From contig CALBQZ010000164.1 of assembly GCA_937899735.1 (NCBI GenBank), positions 1-63,112 of the forward strand: DNA of 63,112 nt, read 5' to 3'. A program made the translations under genes and the position numbers. Shown here piece by piece: positions 47,075-56,691 of this stretch; within the stretch, counting starts at the first letter, position 1; the number at the start of each line of letters is the position of its first letter. Origin of the DNA: an uncultured Clostridia bacterium (lineage in GTDB: Bacteria; Bacillota; Clostridia; Oscillospirales; Acutalibacteraceae). The notes beneath the pieces are model-generated. The model worked only from the letters and a program-made list of their open reading frames with translations. It made no database searches and was not told where the DNA came from.

Positions 47075-48367
47075 CTATACAAAAGAAATGGTAACTGAAC
47101 ACTCACCTATCGACCAGCACTGTTTGTTATTAGGAACAACCACTCTACCATTCATCTTTATTCTATCTACCGTTTTTTCCTGTTCAGGTACCTCTACCAT
47201 AATCTGAAAATCATTTCCTGACAACTCTGAAAGAACATTTTCAGGTCCTACAACTGTAATTGTTACCCCATCATATTCCACAGGCTTAACATCATAAGAA
47301 TTGTCACTGTTCTTAATAACAATATTTGAATTCGGAACAATGAAGTTCATCGTTGTCATAGCAGATGCATCAATAGTAACTGAAAAAGAACTGACGTTAC
47401 TGTCAAGGAATCCATATGATTTTGATTCTTCTGCCTTAATTTTATAAACATTCTTTTTATTAGTTATCTGTGAAAAATCAATTATATCTACAACATAGTA
47501 TTTTGTTGTTTCAACCAAGTCAACAGGAACTGCAGCCTGAACTGATGAAGGATAAACACTATATGATATCGGATTATTTGTGTAGTACGCAGGAGCATTT
47601 TTAAATTCTACTGCAGTTGGTAATGTCACTATTTTCAACACAGGTAAAGTTATGGTAATATTGGTTTCATTAAGCTTTAATAATGATGAATCAACAGCAG
47701 TACCGTCTTTGGACAACAAAACAATGTCTGCATCTAACGTTGTGGTCTGTGTTAAAACCTCATCCACATCAATTTGGGCATTTATTGTTTCTATTTGACT
47801 AATAATTGTTGATGGTCCACTGATTGTAAGTCTATCTACTGACGGAACAGCCTCACCCAACTTATGTTTATCAGGTACAATGCTATCCAATGATGTATTA
47901 ACATTTACTGTTATTGGCAATTCTAATTCCTGATAACGGTCAAAGAATACCTCAATTTCATTTTCAGAATATGAAGTAATTGTGAAATCCGAATTAGCTT
48001 CTTTCTCTTCAACATGGAGTTTTAACACCTTTTTTCCGCTACTATCTGCATTGTTTGTATTAGCAACAACAGTGAAATCATCGGCAGTCAATGACGAAAC
48101 TATGTACTTCTTACCTGTTACAGTTATATCAATATAAAAATCGGACTGACCGAAAATCTGTAAACCTAATTTCTCAGGCACACTGTTTTCATATTTAATG
48201 GAAACAGGCACATTCGTTATTACTTTTTGAATCTCCGGACTTTGCTCAATAGCAACCCACATCCAGAGAATAAATGAAATTACAAAAGAAAAAACGAGAA
48301 GAAAACGTTTATTATACAGCAGAGAAGAAAAGGAAATATTCAATTTTCTTTTAGTATTATTGTTCAT
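47075..48367 (-). CDS. cdaR: YbbR-domain protein, CdaA regulator
   Basis: N-terminal TM helix followed by repeated YbbR-like beta-rich modules. 11-nt overlap with cdaA. Confidence 0.75.
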   Translation of the reverse strand: MNNNTKRKLNISFSSLLYNKRFLLVFSFVISFILWMWVAIEQSPEIQKVITNVPVSIKYENSVPEKLGLQIFGQSDFYIDITVTGKKYIVSSLTADDFTVVANTNNADSSGKKVLKLHVEEKEANSDFTITSYSENEIEVFFDRYQELELPITVNVNTSLDSIVPDKHKLGEAVPSVDRLTISGPSTIISQIETINAQIDVDEVLTQTTTLDADIVLLSKDGTAVDSSLLKLNETNITITLPVLKIVTLPTAVEFKNAPAYYTNNPISYSVYPSSVQAAVPVDLVETTKYYVVDIIDFSQITNKKNVYKIKAEESKSYGFLDSNVSSFSVTIDASAMTTMNFIVPNSNIVIKNSDNSYDVKPVEYDGVTITVVGPENVLSELSGNDFQIMVEVPEQEKTVDRIKMNGRVVVPNNKQCWSIGECSVTISFV

Positions 48368-49232
48368 TTGATTTTCCTCTCTTTCTTATTATTCTTCTGT
48401 TTTCTCTGGTATTGTTTTTCAACAATTCCTTTGATAATATTTCACGTAAATCGCCATCGGAAATACCGCGATTAAGTCTTCCTCGTCTTGCAATGGAAAT
48501 AGCACCTGTTTCCTCAGAAACTACTACAACAACAGCATCACTGTTTTCACTCATACCTATTGCGGCACGATGTCTTGTTCCAAGGTCACTACTGATTTCC
48601 TTATTACTTGTTAAAGGAAGTATGCATCCGGCAGCTACAACTCTGCCCGCTTTAATAATCACAGCACCATCATGCATTGGAGCTTTTGGGAAGAAAATGT
48701 TGCCAATCATTTCAGGGGTAACTATCGCATCAACCATAGTTCCTGTTTTTGAAATTTCACCAAGTTTTGTATCCTTTTCAAAAACAATCAATGTGCCGAT
48801 TTTCTTATCGCTCATTTCGCCACAAGCCTTACAGACTGCGTTGATAGAATTCTTTATCTTTTCCTGTTCTTCCGTTTCATCACGATTTTTAAAATTAAGA
48901 ATATTGATATTTGAAACTGAACTTCTACCTACACTTTCAAGTGCATGTCGGATTTCAGGAGAGAAAATAATTACAAGAATAATTAACAGGTTACCAAAGA
49001 CAAGACTCAATATGTACTTACTTGTTTCCATATTGAAAAGTGAAACCAGAAAATATGCAGCAACGAGTAAAACAACACCTTTTGCCAACTGGATAGCTCT
49101 TGTATCTCTTATAAGCTTAATCGCACTATAAATTACAAATGCCACAAGTATAACATCAAGTAAGTCCCCAAATGTAAAGGACAGTATTGCACGTTTTATC
49201 TGCTCAAAAAACTCGCTAAAATTCTGAAACAT
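48357..49232 (-). CDS. cdaA: diadenylate cyclase
   Basis: ATG at 49232. Three N-terminal TM helices and DAC-domain motifs (DGAVII, GTRHRAA, SEETG). Confidence 0.9.
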   Translation of the reverse strand: MFQNFSEFFEQIKRAILSFTFGDLLDVILVAFVIYSAIKLIRDTRAIQLAKGVVLLVAAYFLVSLFNMETSKYILSLVFGNLLIILVIIFSPEIRHALESVGRSSVSNINILNFKNRDETEEQEKIKNSINAVCKACGEMSDKKIGTLIVFEKDTKLGEISKTGTMVDAIVTPEMIGNIFFPKAPMHDGAVIIKAGRVVAAGCILPLTSNKEISSDLGTRHRAAIGMSENSDAVVVVVSEETGAISIARRGRLNRGISDGDLREILSKELLKNNTRENRRIIRKRGKSNEQ

Positions 49233-49343
49233 TTTTCTTTCACTCACTTTTAAAAAAAATACAATATATTGTAAATATCCGTTGGTTAAAAGACAAACTC
49301 CCACAGATATACATATTCACAATATATTGTATCACAAGTATTT

Positions 49344-50483
49344 TCATTTTGCAATTTCAATTAATGAATTAATTGTAAAATCTATTTGAATTTTTTTGGT
49401 GAAAATTGACGGAGAAATCCTCACAACACCTGATTTCTCTGTATTTAGTCTTCTATGTGCCAATGGAGCACACTGTAAACCTCCCCTTACGCATATATCT
49501 TGCTCTGATAGCAATTCTACAACTTTGTCACTTGCAATGTTTTTTATATTCAATGCAAGTATCGGAACATATGATTTTCTACAATCAAATAAATCCGTAT
49601 AGAGAGTAAATTTTTTATTGAATTTAAGATTATTGTACAAATAATTTATCAACTGCATTTCATGGTTGTATATATTATCAACACCTTTTTTCTCAACAAA
49701 ATCCAAAGCAGAAGATAACCCTAGAATGCCTACTATATTTGGTGTACCGCTTTCAAACTTATCAGGAAGAAAATCAGGTTGTAAAAAGCTCATCGAATTA
49801 CTTCCCGTACCACCTTCAATAATAGACATCAGTTCCATATCATCATTAATAACAAGTAAACCAACACCACTTGGACCATACAATCCTTTATGACCTGCAC
49901 AACACAAAATATCAATATTATCTTTCTTCAAGTCTATTTTTTGAACTCCTGCAATCTGTGCTGCATCAAGAATGAATTTTAATTTGTATCGGTGTGCTAA
50001 TTTGCCAAGCATCCTATATGGTGTAATCAGTCCGAAAACATTTGAAGCTCCAGTGCAAATAATAGCAACTGTATTTTTATTTATACACTTTTCAAAGTTT
50101 AGCAATGTCTTATAAACATCAGTTTCAATCTTTGCAATACTATAATCGCAAATTCCTTGCATTTTTAATGTTTCCAAAGGTCGTAAAACAGCGTTGTGTT
50201 CTAAATCAGATATAATAAAATGACTTCCTTTTTTAGCCAACCCTTTAATTGCCATATTTATTGCTGTTGTGCAGTTATATGTGAAGATAACATTATCACT
50301 GGATTTTGCATTAAAAAATCTTGCAACCTTTTTTCTACACTCAAACACTTTTTCAGTTGTTTCAATCGCCATTTTATAACTGCTTCTGCCATAATTACCA
50401 TAATTCAGTAAGGCATAGTTAACAGCATCTACTACACTTTTCGGTTTTGGAAACGACGTTGCGCTATTATCAAGATAAATCAT
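49344..50483 (-). CDS. class V PLP-dependent cysteine desulfurase family protein
   Basis: LDNSATSFPKP N-terminus, AGHKGLYGP PLP-lysine region, RGGLQCAP active-site Cys loop. Confidence 0.8.
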   Translation of the reverse strand: MIYLDNSATSFPKPKSVVDAVNYALLNYGNYGRSSYKMAIETTEKVFECRKKVARFFNAKSSDNVIFTYNCTTAINMAIKGLAKKGSHFIISDLEHNAVLRPLETLKMQGICDYSIAKIETDVYKTLLNFEKCINKNTVAIICTGASNVFGLITPYRMLGKLAHRYKLKFILDAAQIAGVQKIDLKKDNIDILCCAGHKGLYGPSGVGLLVINDDMELMSIIEGGTGSNSMSFLQPDFLPDKFESGTPNIVGILGLSSALDFVEKKGVDNIYNHEMQLINYLYNNLKFNKKFTLYTDLFDCRKSYVPILALNIKNIASDKVVELLSEQDICVRGGLQCAPLAHRRLNTEKSGVVRISPSIFTKKIQIDFTINSLIEIAK

Positions 50484-50698
50484 AAATAATCATATCCAAC
50501 AACTTTAATTCCATTGATTTTCATTATATTTAAATACTTATTTACATCACCAAAAATAACAATATAATATCCACATCCTTCGTTTTTTCCCGGATTTACA
50601 TTTTTTCTAATTGTAACTCGTCCTCCATTTTTCTCAATAATTTCTTTAGCATTTAAGGCGTGAGTTACAGAAGCAAACTTTATTCTTACTCTTTTCAT
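50480..50698 (-). CDS. DUF3343 protein (putative S/Se carrier-like)
   Basis: 72 aa with FASVTHALNAKEIIEK..GCGYYIV. 4-nt overlap with the desulfurase gene. Confidence 0.65.
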   Translation of the reverse strand: MKRVRIKFASVTHALNAKEIIEKNGGRVTIRKNVNPGKNEGCGYYIVIFGDVNKYLNIMKINGIKVVGYDYL

Positions 50699-50741
50699 AA
50701 AAACACCTCAGATTATTCTATGAAAAAGTAATTTAGTTTGA

Positions 50742-50767
50742 TAAAAAAAGCCCGTCAAAAGACGGGC
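50742..50767 (-). terminator. intrinsic terminator after ispF
   Basis: The minus strand reads GCCCGTC-TTTT-GACGGGC followed by TTTTTTT (hairpin at 50750..50767). Confidence 0.8.
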
Positions 50768-50774
50768 AATATAA

Positions 50775-51269
50775 TCATATAAATTTAATCTTCGTTTCTT
50801 CAACAAGGCAGATGCAATGAGCTGAGATCCCTTCTTTTGCACCAGTGAAACCGAGTTTTTCTTCTGTAGTTGCCTTGACTGATACATAATCAACACTAAC
50901 ACCAAGAGCTACTGCGATATTCTCTCTCATTCGGTCAATGTATGGTGCAAGCTTTGGTGCCTGAGCAATTACTGTTGCATCAATGTTATTTACTTTAAAT
51001 CCCTTGAGTTTTGTTAACTCAACTACTTTTTTCAAAAGCTCAAGACTGTCTGCATCCTTGAAGGTTGCATCAGTATCAGGGAAGTGTTTTCCGATATCAC
51101 CCAAAGCACATGCTCCGAGAAGAGAATCCGAAATTGCATGTAACAACACATCAGCGTCCGAGTGACCTAAAAGACCAATTCCATTATTCTCAATTTCAAC
51201 TCCACCGAGAATAAGTTTTCTACCCTCAACTAGTTTATGAACATCATATCCGTGACCAATTCTCAGCAT
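50775..51269 (-). CDS. ispF: 2-C-methyl-D-erythritol 2,4-cyclodiphosphate synthase
   Basis: [26 protein letters not shown] at 51269 preferred because GAGGAG lies 7 nt upstream. Confidence 0.95.
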   Translation of the reverse strand: MLRIGHGYDVHKLVEGRKLILGGVEIENNGIGLLGHSDADVLLHAISDSLLGACALGDIGKHFPDTDATFKDADSLELLKKVVELTKLKGFKVNNIDATVIAQAPKLAPYIDRMRENIAVALGVSVDYVSVKATTEEKLGFTGAKEGISAHCICLVEETKIKFI

Positions 51270-51271
51270 AA

Positions 51272-51982
51272 TCATACTCCTCTTCTTCTAAGATAATTCT
51301 CAGCAAGTTCAACATCTTCAGGTGTTGTGATTTTTATATTTTCATAATCACCGTCAACAAATTTTACTGTTTTGCCATACGCCTCGACAAGCATACAATC
51401 ATCAGTAAAGTTTTTACTGTTTTCAACTGTTTTGACTGCATCAAGATAAAGGGATTTATCAAAAATCTGTGGTGTCTGAATAAATCGAAGATAATTTCTG
51501 TCCGGTGTTGCGACAATGTCGTTATTATCATTTACTTGTTTTACGGTGTCTTTCACTTTTACACCAGTTGCCGCAGCACCGCACTCATAAGCTTGGTTAA
51601 GAGTATCTAAAACAACCTTTTCGGTAACAAGTGGTCTTGCACCATCATGAATTGCCACAAAATCAGCATCTTCAGATACAGAAGAAACACCATTGAGCAC
51701 ACTTAACTGACGGGTTTCTCCACCTTTTACAATTTTGGATACTTTTTTAACTCCATATTTTGCAACAAGGGATTTAACATCTTCAATATCACTTTCACGG
51801 GTAACAACAACAATTTCATCAATAGAATCCATATTGTCAAATACCAACAAAGTATGAACCAGTACAGGAATTCCGTTAATTTCAAGAAACTGTTTGTTGA
51901 CGCCACCCATTCTTGTAGAGTTACCTGCCGAAACAACTACGGCAGAAACAAATCTATTTTCTTTTTCCGTAATTTTCGACAC
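51272..51982 (-). CDS. ispD: 2-C-methyl-D-erythritol 4-phosphate cytidylyltransferase
   Basis: [22 protein letters not shown]. Confidence 0.9.
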   Translation of the reverse strand: MSKITEKENRFVSAVVVSAGNSTRMGGVNKQFLEINGIPVLVHTLLVFDNMDSIDEIVVVTRESDIEDVKSLVAKYGVKKVSKIVKGGETRQLSVLNGVSSVSEDADFVAIHDGARPLVTEKVVLDTLNQAYECGAAATGVKVKDTVKQVNDNNDIVATPDRNYLRFIQTPQIFDKSLYLDAVKTVENSKNFTDDCMLVEAYGKTVKFVDGDYENIKITTPEDVELAENYLRRRGV

Positions 51983-51997
51983 AATAACAACTCCTTA

Positions 51998-53266
51998 TTA
52001 TATCAATGCTTCAACTGCAGCAATTTTTGCACAGAGGCAGAATACTTCCATTGCTTTTCTCAAATCCTCAACTGGTGGGAATGATGGAGCAATTCTGATA
52101 TTCTTATCTTCAGGGTCAATACCATAAGGATATGTTGCACCAACTGTTGTAAGAACAAGGCCTGCTGCTTTGCAGAGCTCACCAATTCTCTTTGCACTGC
52201 TACCAACTGTGTTATAGCTGATGAAATAGCCACCCTTTACTTTTACCCATTCACCAATGCCTAAAGGTGCAATTTCCTTTTCAAGCATATCAAGTACAAG
52301 GTTGAATTTAGGCGCCATAATTGCAGCATGCTTATCCATATGAGCTTTAACACCGTCAGCGTTTTTAAAGAATTTAACATGACGAAGCTGATTGAGTTTA
52401 TCATAGCTGATTGTCTGGAAATTAAGTCTTTTCTTGATTTCAGCAATATTATTATCAGATGCTGCTATAGCTGAAACACCTGCACCAGGGAATGAAATCT
52501 TTGATGTGGATGTGAATTCAATGAAATTATCCTCTGTTCCGAATTCTTTGCATGCTTCAAAAATGTTCATAAGAACATCAGGTGTATCTGTCAATTCGTG
52601 AATGATATAAGCATTGTCCCAGATTACTCTGAAATCCTTTGCAGCAGGTTTTAAAGCTGCAAGTGCCTTAACTCTTTCATCACTATATGTTACACCGTTA
52701 GGGTTTGAATACTTAGGAACACAGAACATACCCTTTACCATTGGGTCTTTAACGAGTTCTTTGATTTTTTCAACATCAGGACCGAATTCATCCATTTCAA
52801 CTGAAATCATTTCAACACCGAAGAATTCAGTAATTGCGAAATGTCTGTCGTAACCTGGTGTATTACAAATAAACTTAACATTACCCTGTTTACTCCAAGG
52901 TTCACATCCTGCAACACCTAAGAACATACACTGGTTAAGATAGTCGTACATAAGATTAAGGCTTGATGTACCACCAACGATAATATTTTTAGTATCAACC
53001 TCAAGAATATCTGCGAAAAGTTTTTTACACTCAGGCATACCATCAAGAACACCGTAGTTTCTGCAATCAAAACCATTTTCTGCTTTGCAATCTTCAACAG
53101 TTGACATAACCTTAAGCATATCCATAGTTAAGTCTAACTGGGCTGCACTTGGCTTACCGCGAGACATATCAAGTGAAAGTCCACGTGATTTTACTTCTTC
53201 ATATTCTTTTTCAAGTTCACTTTTGAGAGATAAAAGTTCTTCTCTGTTCATTTCGTTATACAACAT
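51998..53266 (-). CDS. PLP-dependent aminotransferase (class I/II fold, aspartate aminotransferase-like)
   Basis: 422 aa with SRGKPSAAQLDL and STSKISFPGAGV (PLP-Lys region). Confidence 0.75.
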   Translation of the reverse strand: MLYNEMNREELLSLKSELEKEYEEVKSRGLSLDMSRGKPSAAQLDLTMDMLKVMSTVEDCKAENGFDCRNYGVLDGMPECKKLFADILEVDTKNIIVGGTSSLNLMYDYLNQCMFLGVAGCEPWSKQGNVKFICNTPGYDRHFAITEFFGVEMISVEMDEFGPDVEKIKELVKDPMVKGMFCVPKYSNPNGVTYSDERVKALAALKPAAKDFRVIWDNAYIIHELTDTPDVLMNIFEACKEFGTEDNFIEFTSTSKISFPGAGVSAIAASDNNIAEIKKRLNFQTISYDKLNQLRHVKFFKNADGVKAHMDKHAAIMAPKFNLVLDMLEKEIAPLGIGEWVKVKGGYFISYNTVGSSAKRIGELCKAAGLVLTTVGATYPYGIDPEDKNIRIAPSFPPVEDLRKAMEVFCLCAKIAAVEALI

Positions 53267-53443
53267 AGGATATCCTCCAAAATAAATTTCGATATATTAT
53301 ATATTATTAATTTAAATTTTGCAAGTGTTATATCAAATAATTGCATTTATATTTATTGTTTTAGTGTTTTGTCTTAAAATTTGAGTTATTATTACAGTTT
53401 GAAATTCATTTTTGGCAAACATAACACTCAATGAAGATTTTAA

Positions 53444-53472
53444 TTGAAAACCATCTTGAATTATGCTAAAAT
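53444..53472 (+). promoter_or_regulatory. candidate sigma-A promoter for manA
   Basis: TTGAAA (53444..53449), 17-nt spacer, TGcTAAAAT (-10 at 53467..53472). It ends 29 nt before the manA ATG. Confidence 0.5.
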
Positions 53473-53500
53473 ACATTGATAATGTTTAAGGAGTGTTTAT

Positions 53501-54448
53501 ATGTATATTCTTAAATTAAACCCTGTTTTTAAAAATTATTTATGGGGTGGCACAAAACTTCGTGATGAATATGGTTTTAAATCAAATCTTGACAAACTTG
53601 CCGAAGGTTGGATGCTTTCATGCCACAAAGACGGTGAAAACACTGTTTTGAATGGTGAATATGAGGGAAAAACTTTAACAGAAATTATAAAATCTAATCC
53701 AGAATCTCTTGGTGAAAATGGAAATAAGTTTGAGTATTTCCCTATACTTATCAAGCTTATTGACGCAAAGAATGATTTATCTGTACAGGTGCATCCTGAT
53801 AATGAATATGCTATGAGAGTTGAAAATGAATACGGAAAAACTGAATGCTGGTATATTCTTGACTGTGATGAAGATGCTGAATTGATTTATGGTTTTAACA
53901 GAACAATCAGCAGTGACGAATTCAAAGAAAGAATTGCTGACAATACTTTCCTTGAAACAGTTAATAAGGTAAAGGTAAAAAAAGGTGATTTATTCTTTAT
54001 CGAGGCAGGAACTCTTCATGCTATCGGCAAGGGAATTTTACTTGCTGAAATTCAGCAGAATTCAAATACTACTTACCGTGTTTATGACTATGGCAGATTA
54101 GGCGCTGACGGAAAGCCACGTGAATTACACGTTGAAAAAGCTATTGACGTTACAAACTGCACACCTCCAACACGTTCAACAAATCCTGAGGGTGAATTGG
54201 TTTCAGGTAATGGCTACAATTCTCAGTTGCTTACCAAATGTGATTTATTCAACGTTGAAAAGGTTTCTGTTACAGATTCTTATACATCAAATGCTGACGA
54301 AAAATCTTTCGTTTCTGTTTTAGTAACAGACGGTAAAGGCAAGATTGATGAAATTGAAATAAACAAAGGAGATAGTCTGTTCATTCCTGCAAATTATGGT
54401 GAATTCACTATTACAGGCAATGCAGAACTTATTATTACAAGGGTATAA
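53501..54448 (+). CDS. manA: mannose-6-phosphate isomerase, class I
   Basis: LSVQVHPD, ECWYIL, GTLHAIGKGILLAEIQQNSNTTYRVYDYGR. Confidence 0.85.
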   Translation: MYILKLNPVFKNYLWGGTKLRDEYGFKSNLDKLAEGWMLSCHKDGENTVLNGEYEGKTLTEIIKSNPESLGENGNKFEYFPILIKLIDAKNDLSVQVHPDNEYAMRVENEYGKTECWYILDCDEDAELIYGFNRTISSDEFKERIADNTFLETVNKVKVKKGDLFFIEAGTLHAIGKGILLAEIQQNSNTTYRVYDYGRLGADGKPRELHVEKAIDVTNCTPPTRSTNPEGELVSGNGYNSQLLTKCDLFNVEKVSVTDSYTSNADEKSFVSVLVTDGKGKIDEIEINKGDSLFIPANYGEFTITGNAELIITRV

Positions 54449-55680
54449 TGAAAAACAGAACATTTACAGGTACAAAAGTGGCCTGCTACACAGGTTATAT
54501 CGTTCAGGGTATTGTAAATAATATTGCTCCCCTGCTTTTTGTTATATTCAGCGATAAATTTGATATAACTCTCGACAAACTTGCTCTTTTAATCACAATA
54601 AATTTTACAACTCAGCTTATTGTTGATACTTTATCCATAAAATTTGCAGATATGATTGGATATAAAATACTTTCAGTTGTATCACAGGGAATTGCTTTTG
54701 TGGGACTTGCTTGTCTTGGCATTCTTCCGAATATTATGGAAAATGCATATCTTGGAATTATTATCTCAATAGTATTATCTGCAATCGGAAGTGGAATTAC
54801 TGAGGTTATAATCAGTCCTATTGTTGAATCAATTCCAGGTGAAAAGAAAACCGCTGAAATGAGTCTTTTACACTCCTTCTACTGTTGGGGTCAGGTTACC
54901 GTTGTGCTATTGACAACAATAATGATTAAAATATTTGGAAATGACTTGTGGTATATCGCACCAATAGTATGGTCGATTATCCCACTTATCAATACAATAA
55001 ACTTTATCGGCGTACCAATTCAACCCAACCTTACAAAAGAGGAAAAAACACCATTTCTTAAATTGTTATTTTCAAAGCAATTTATTCTCTGCATCTTAAT
55101 TATGATTTGTTCTGGTGCTTCCGAAATCGGAATGTCACAATGGTCATCATACTTTGCTGAAACAGGACTTAAGGTTAGCAAAATTACCGGTGATTTATTA
55201 GGCCCTTGCCTTTTTGCTGTACTTATGGGTACGGGAAGAATGATTTTCGGCTTTGTAGGCGAGAAGATTAATCTTAAAACTGCTCTGTATTTTTCAGCAG
55301 GATTATGTTCATTATGTTACCTTGGAACGTCCTTTATTGATAACGCCGTACTTTCTTTGCTTCTCTGTGCATTAACCGGAATTACTGTCAGCATAATGTG
55401 GCCTGCAACACTTAGCCTTGCAGCAAAGCTATTCCCTAAAGGTGGAGGCTCAATGTACAGCATTCTTGCACTTTCAGGTGATACGGGATGTACTCTGGGA
55501 CCTTGGTTTATCAGTTTTATGTCAATTCAATATTCACAGAATCTCAATAGTGGCGATGCTTTAAAAACAGGAATCGGTTTTGGTGCATTGTTCCCTGCAT
55601 TGATGATTATTGCCATATCTCTGCTTCGACTAAAAAATTCTATTGACAAAAAAAGTGACAATGCTATAATAAATTCATAA
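54448..55680 (+). CDS. MFS transporter
   Basis: 410 aa with about 12 hydrophobic helices. Its start overlaps the manA stop by 1 nt. Confidence 0.75.
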   Translation: MKNRTFTGTKVACYTGYIVQGIVNNIAPLLFVIFSDKFDITLDKLALLITINFTTQLIVDTLSIKFADMIGYKILSVVSQGIAFVGLACLGILPNIMENAYLGIIISIVLSAIGSGITEVIISPIVESIPGEKKTAEMSLLHSFYCWGQVTVVLLTTIMIKIFGNDLWYIAPIVWSIIPLINTINFIGVPIQPNLTKEEKTPFLKLLFSKQFILCILIMICSGASEIGMSQWSSYFAETGLKVSKITGDLLGPCLFAVLMGTGRMIFGFVGEKINLKTALYFSAGLCSLCYLGTSFIDNAVLSLLLCALTGITVSIMWPATLSLAAKLFPKGGGSMYSILALSGDTGCTLGPWFISFMSIQYSQNLNSGDALKTGIGFGALFPALMIIAISLLRLKNSIDKKSDNAIINS

Positions 55681-55692
55681 AATATATTGAAC

Positions 55693-55797
55693 GTCTTCAG
55701 GGCGGAGTGAAATTCTCCACCGGTGGTTAAAGTCCACGAGCATTTGCTGAATGGGTGCAATTCCCATACCGACGGTATAGTCCGGATGAAAGAAGAT
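55693..55797 (+). promoter_or_regulatory. FMN riboswitch (RFN element)
   Basis: TCTTCAGGGCGGAGTGAAATTCTCCACCGGTGGT..AGTCCACGAGC..GGTGCAATTCCCATACCGACGGTATAGTCCGGATGAAAGAAGA. The P1 stem TCTTC/GAAGA closes the element. Confidence 0.9.
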
Positions 55798-55817
55798 AAA
55801 ATGCATTATTGTATTTT

Positions 55818-55847
55818 ACGCCTGCAGATATTTTGCAGGCGTTTTTT
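55818..55847 (+). terminator. FMN riboswitch expression-platform terminator
   Basis: ACGCCTGCA (55818..55826) pairs with TGCAGGCGT (55834..55842), followed by TTTTT. Confidence 0.85.
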
Positions 55848-55884
55848 CTTGAAGATAGTCACAAAATAAAAAGGACTGATATTT

Positions 55885-56472
55885 ATGGAAAAACAAAACA
55901 AAAAATCAATTACCAAGCTCAGTGTTATTGCTATGCTTTCTGCTGTGAGTTTTGCACTATTCTTACTTGAATTCCCCGTTATTCCCTCACTTGGACATTT
56001 AAAGCTTGATTTCAGTGACATACCTGCACTTGTTGGTGGAATAATATACGGTCCTTTCGCTGCAGTTGTTATTGAATTCATCAAAAACTTAATCGAAATG
56101 CTCGTTAAGGGTGTTGGCACACAGATGGGATTTGGCAACCTTATGAATTTCATTGTTGGTTGTGCTTATGTTGTACCTTTTACTGCCTGCTACAGAAAAT
56201 TCGCAACTAAAAATAAAACAATCAAGGCAATTTTAATAGGCTCTGTTTTGGGTTTAGTTTCTATTCTCATATTCGGATTTGTTGCAAACTACTTTATTGC
56301 GCCCCTTTTCTTTAAATACTTTTTGGGGATTAACTTAACCTCCGAAGGATTATGGGCAGCAGTCTGGGGTGCAACTGCAATCAATGCAATTAAGGGCATT
56401 ATGCTTTCAATTTTCAGTTTCCCTGTAATCAAAGTTGTTAACGACAGATTAAAAAAATATATAAAATCATAA
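55885..56472 (+). CDS. ribU: riboflavin ECF transporter S component
   Basis: 195-aa six-helix S-component lying directly downstream of the FMN riboswitch. Confidence 0.85.
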   Translation: MEKQNKKSITKLSVIAMLSAVSFALFLLEFPVIPSLGHLKLDFSDIPALVGGIIYGPFAAVVIEFIKNLIEMLVKGVGTQMGFGNLMNFIVGCAYVVPFTACYRKFATKNKTIKAILIGSVLGLVSILIFGFVANYFIAPLFFKYFLGINLTSEGLWAAVWGATAINAIKGIMLSIFSFPVIKVVNDRLKKYIKS

Positions 56473-56540
56473 AATAGTTATATTTATACTATTGACACAA
56501 TTGCAAACCACTGATATACTATTTTATAAATTAAATATTA

Positions 56541-56637
56541 TTCCTTATGCAGAGTGGTGGAGGGTCTGGCCCTATGAAACCCGGCAACCTGCTTATTGCA
56601 AGGTGCTAATTCCTGCGGATTTTCCGAGATATAAGGT
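56541..56637 (+). promoter_or_regulatory. SAM-I riboswitch (S-box)
   Basis: TTCCTTATGCAGAGTGGTGGAGGGTCTGGCCCTATGAAACCCGGCAACC..GGTGCTAATTCCTGC..GAGATATAAGG, with P1 stem CCTTAT/ATAAGG. Confidence 0.9.
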
Positions 56638-56646
56638 TGTTTTTAA

Positions 56647-56677
56647 AAGCACCCTTATTATGGGTGCTTATCTTTTT
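56647..56677 (+). terminator. S-box terminator
   Basis: AAGCACCC (56647..56654) pairs with GGGTGCTT (56662..56669), followed by ATCTTTTT. The 5' arm continues into CCTTAT, which can compete with P1. Confidence 0.85.
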
Positions 56678-56691
56678 GGAGGAGAAAAAAT

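Noticed and set aside
48412-49131. 239-aa plus-strand ORF, the longest ORF in the track not assigned to a gene. It is fully antisense to cdaA.
   Set aside because: Its S/L/I/T/F-rich, low-complexity translation is typical of a shadow frame opposite a real gene. It has no SD or plausible promoter. The sense strand encodes an unmistakable diadenylate cyclase with DGA/RHR motifs.
55806-56153. 115-aa minus-strand ORF.
   Set aside because: It is antisense to ribU and to the FMN-riboswitch terminator, and it has no RBS.
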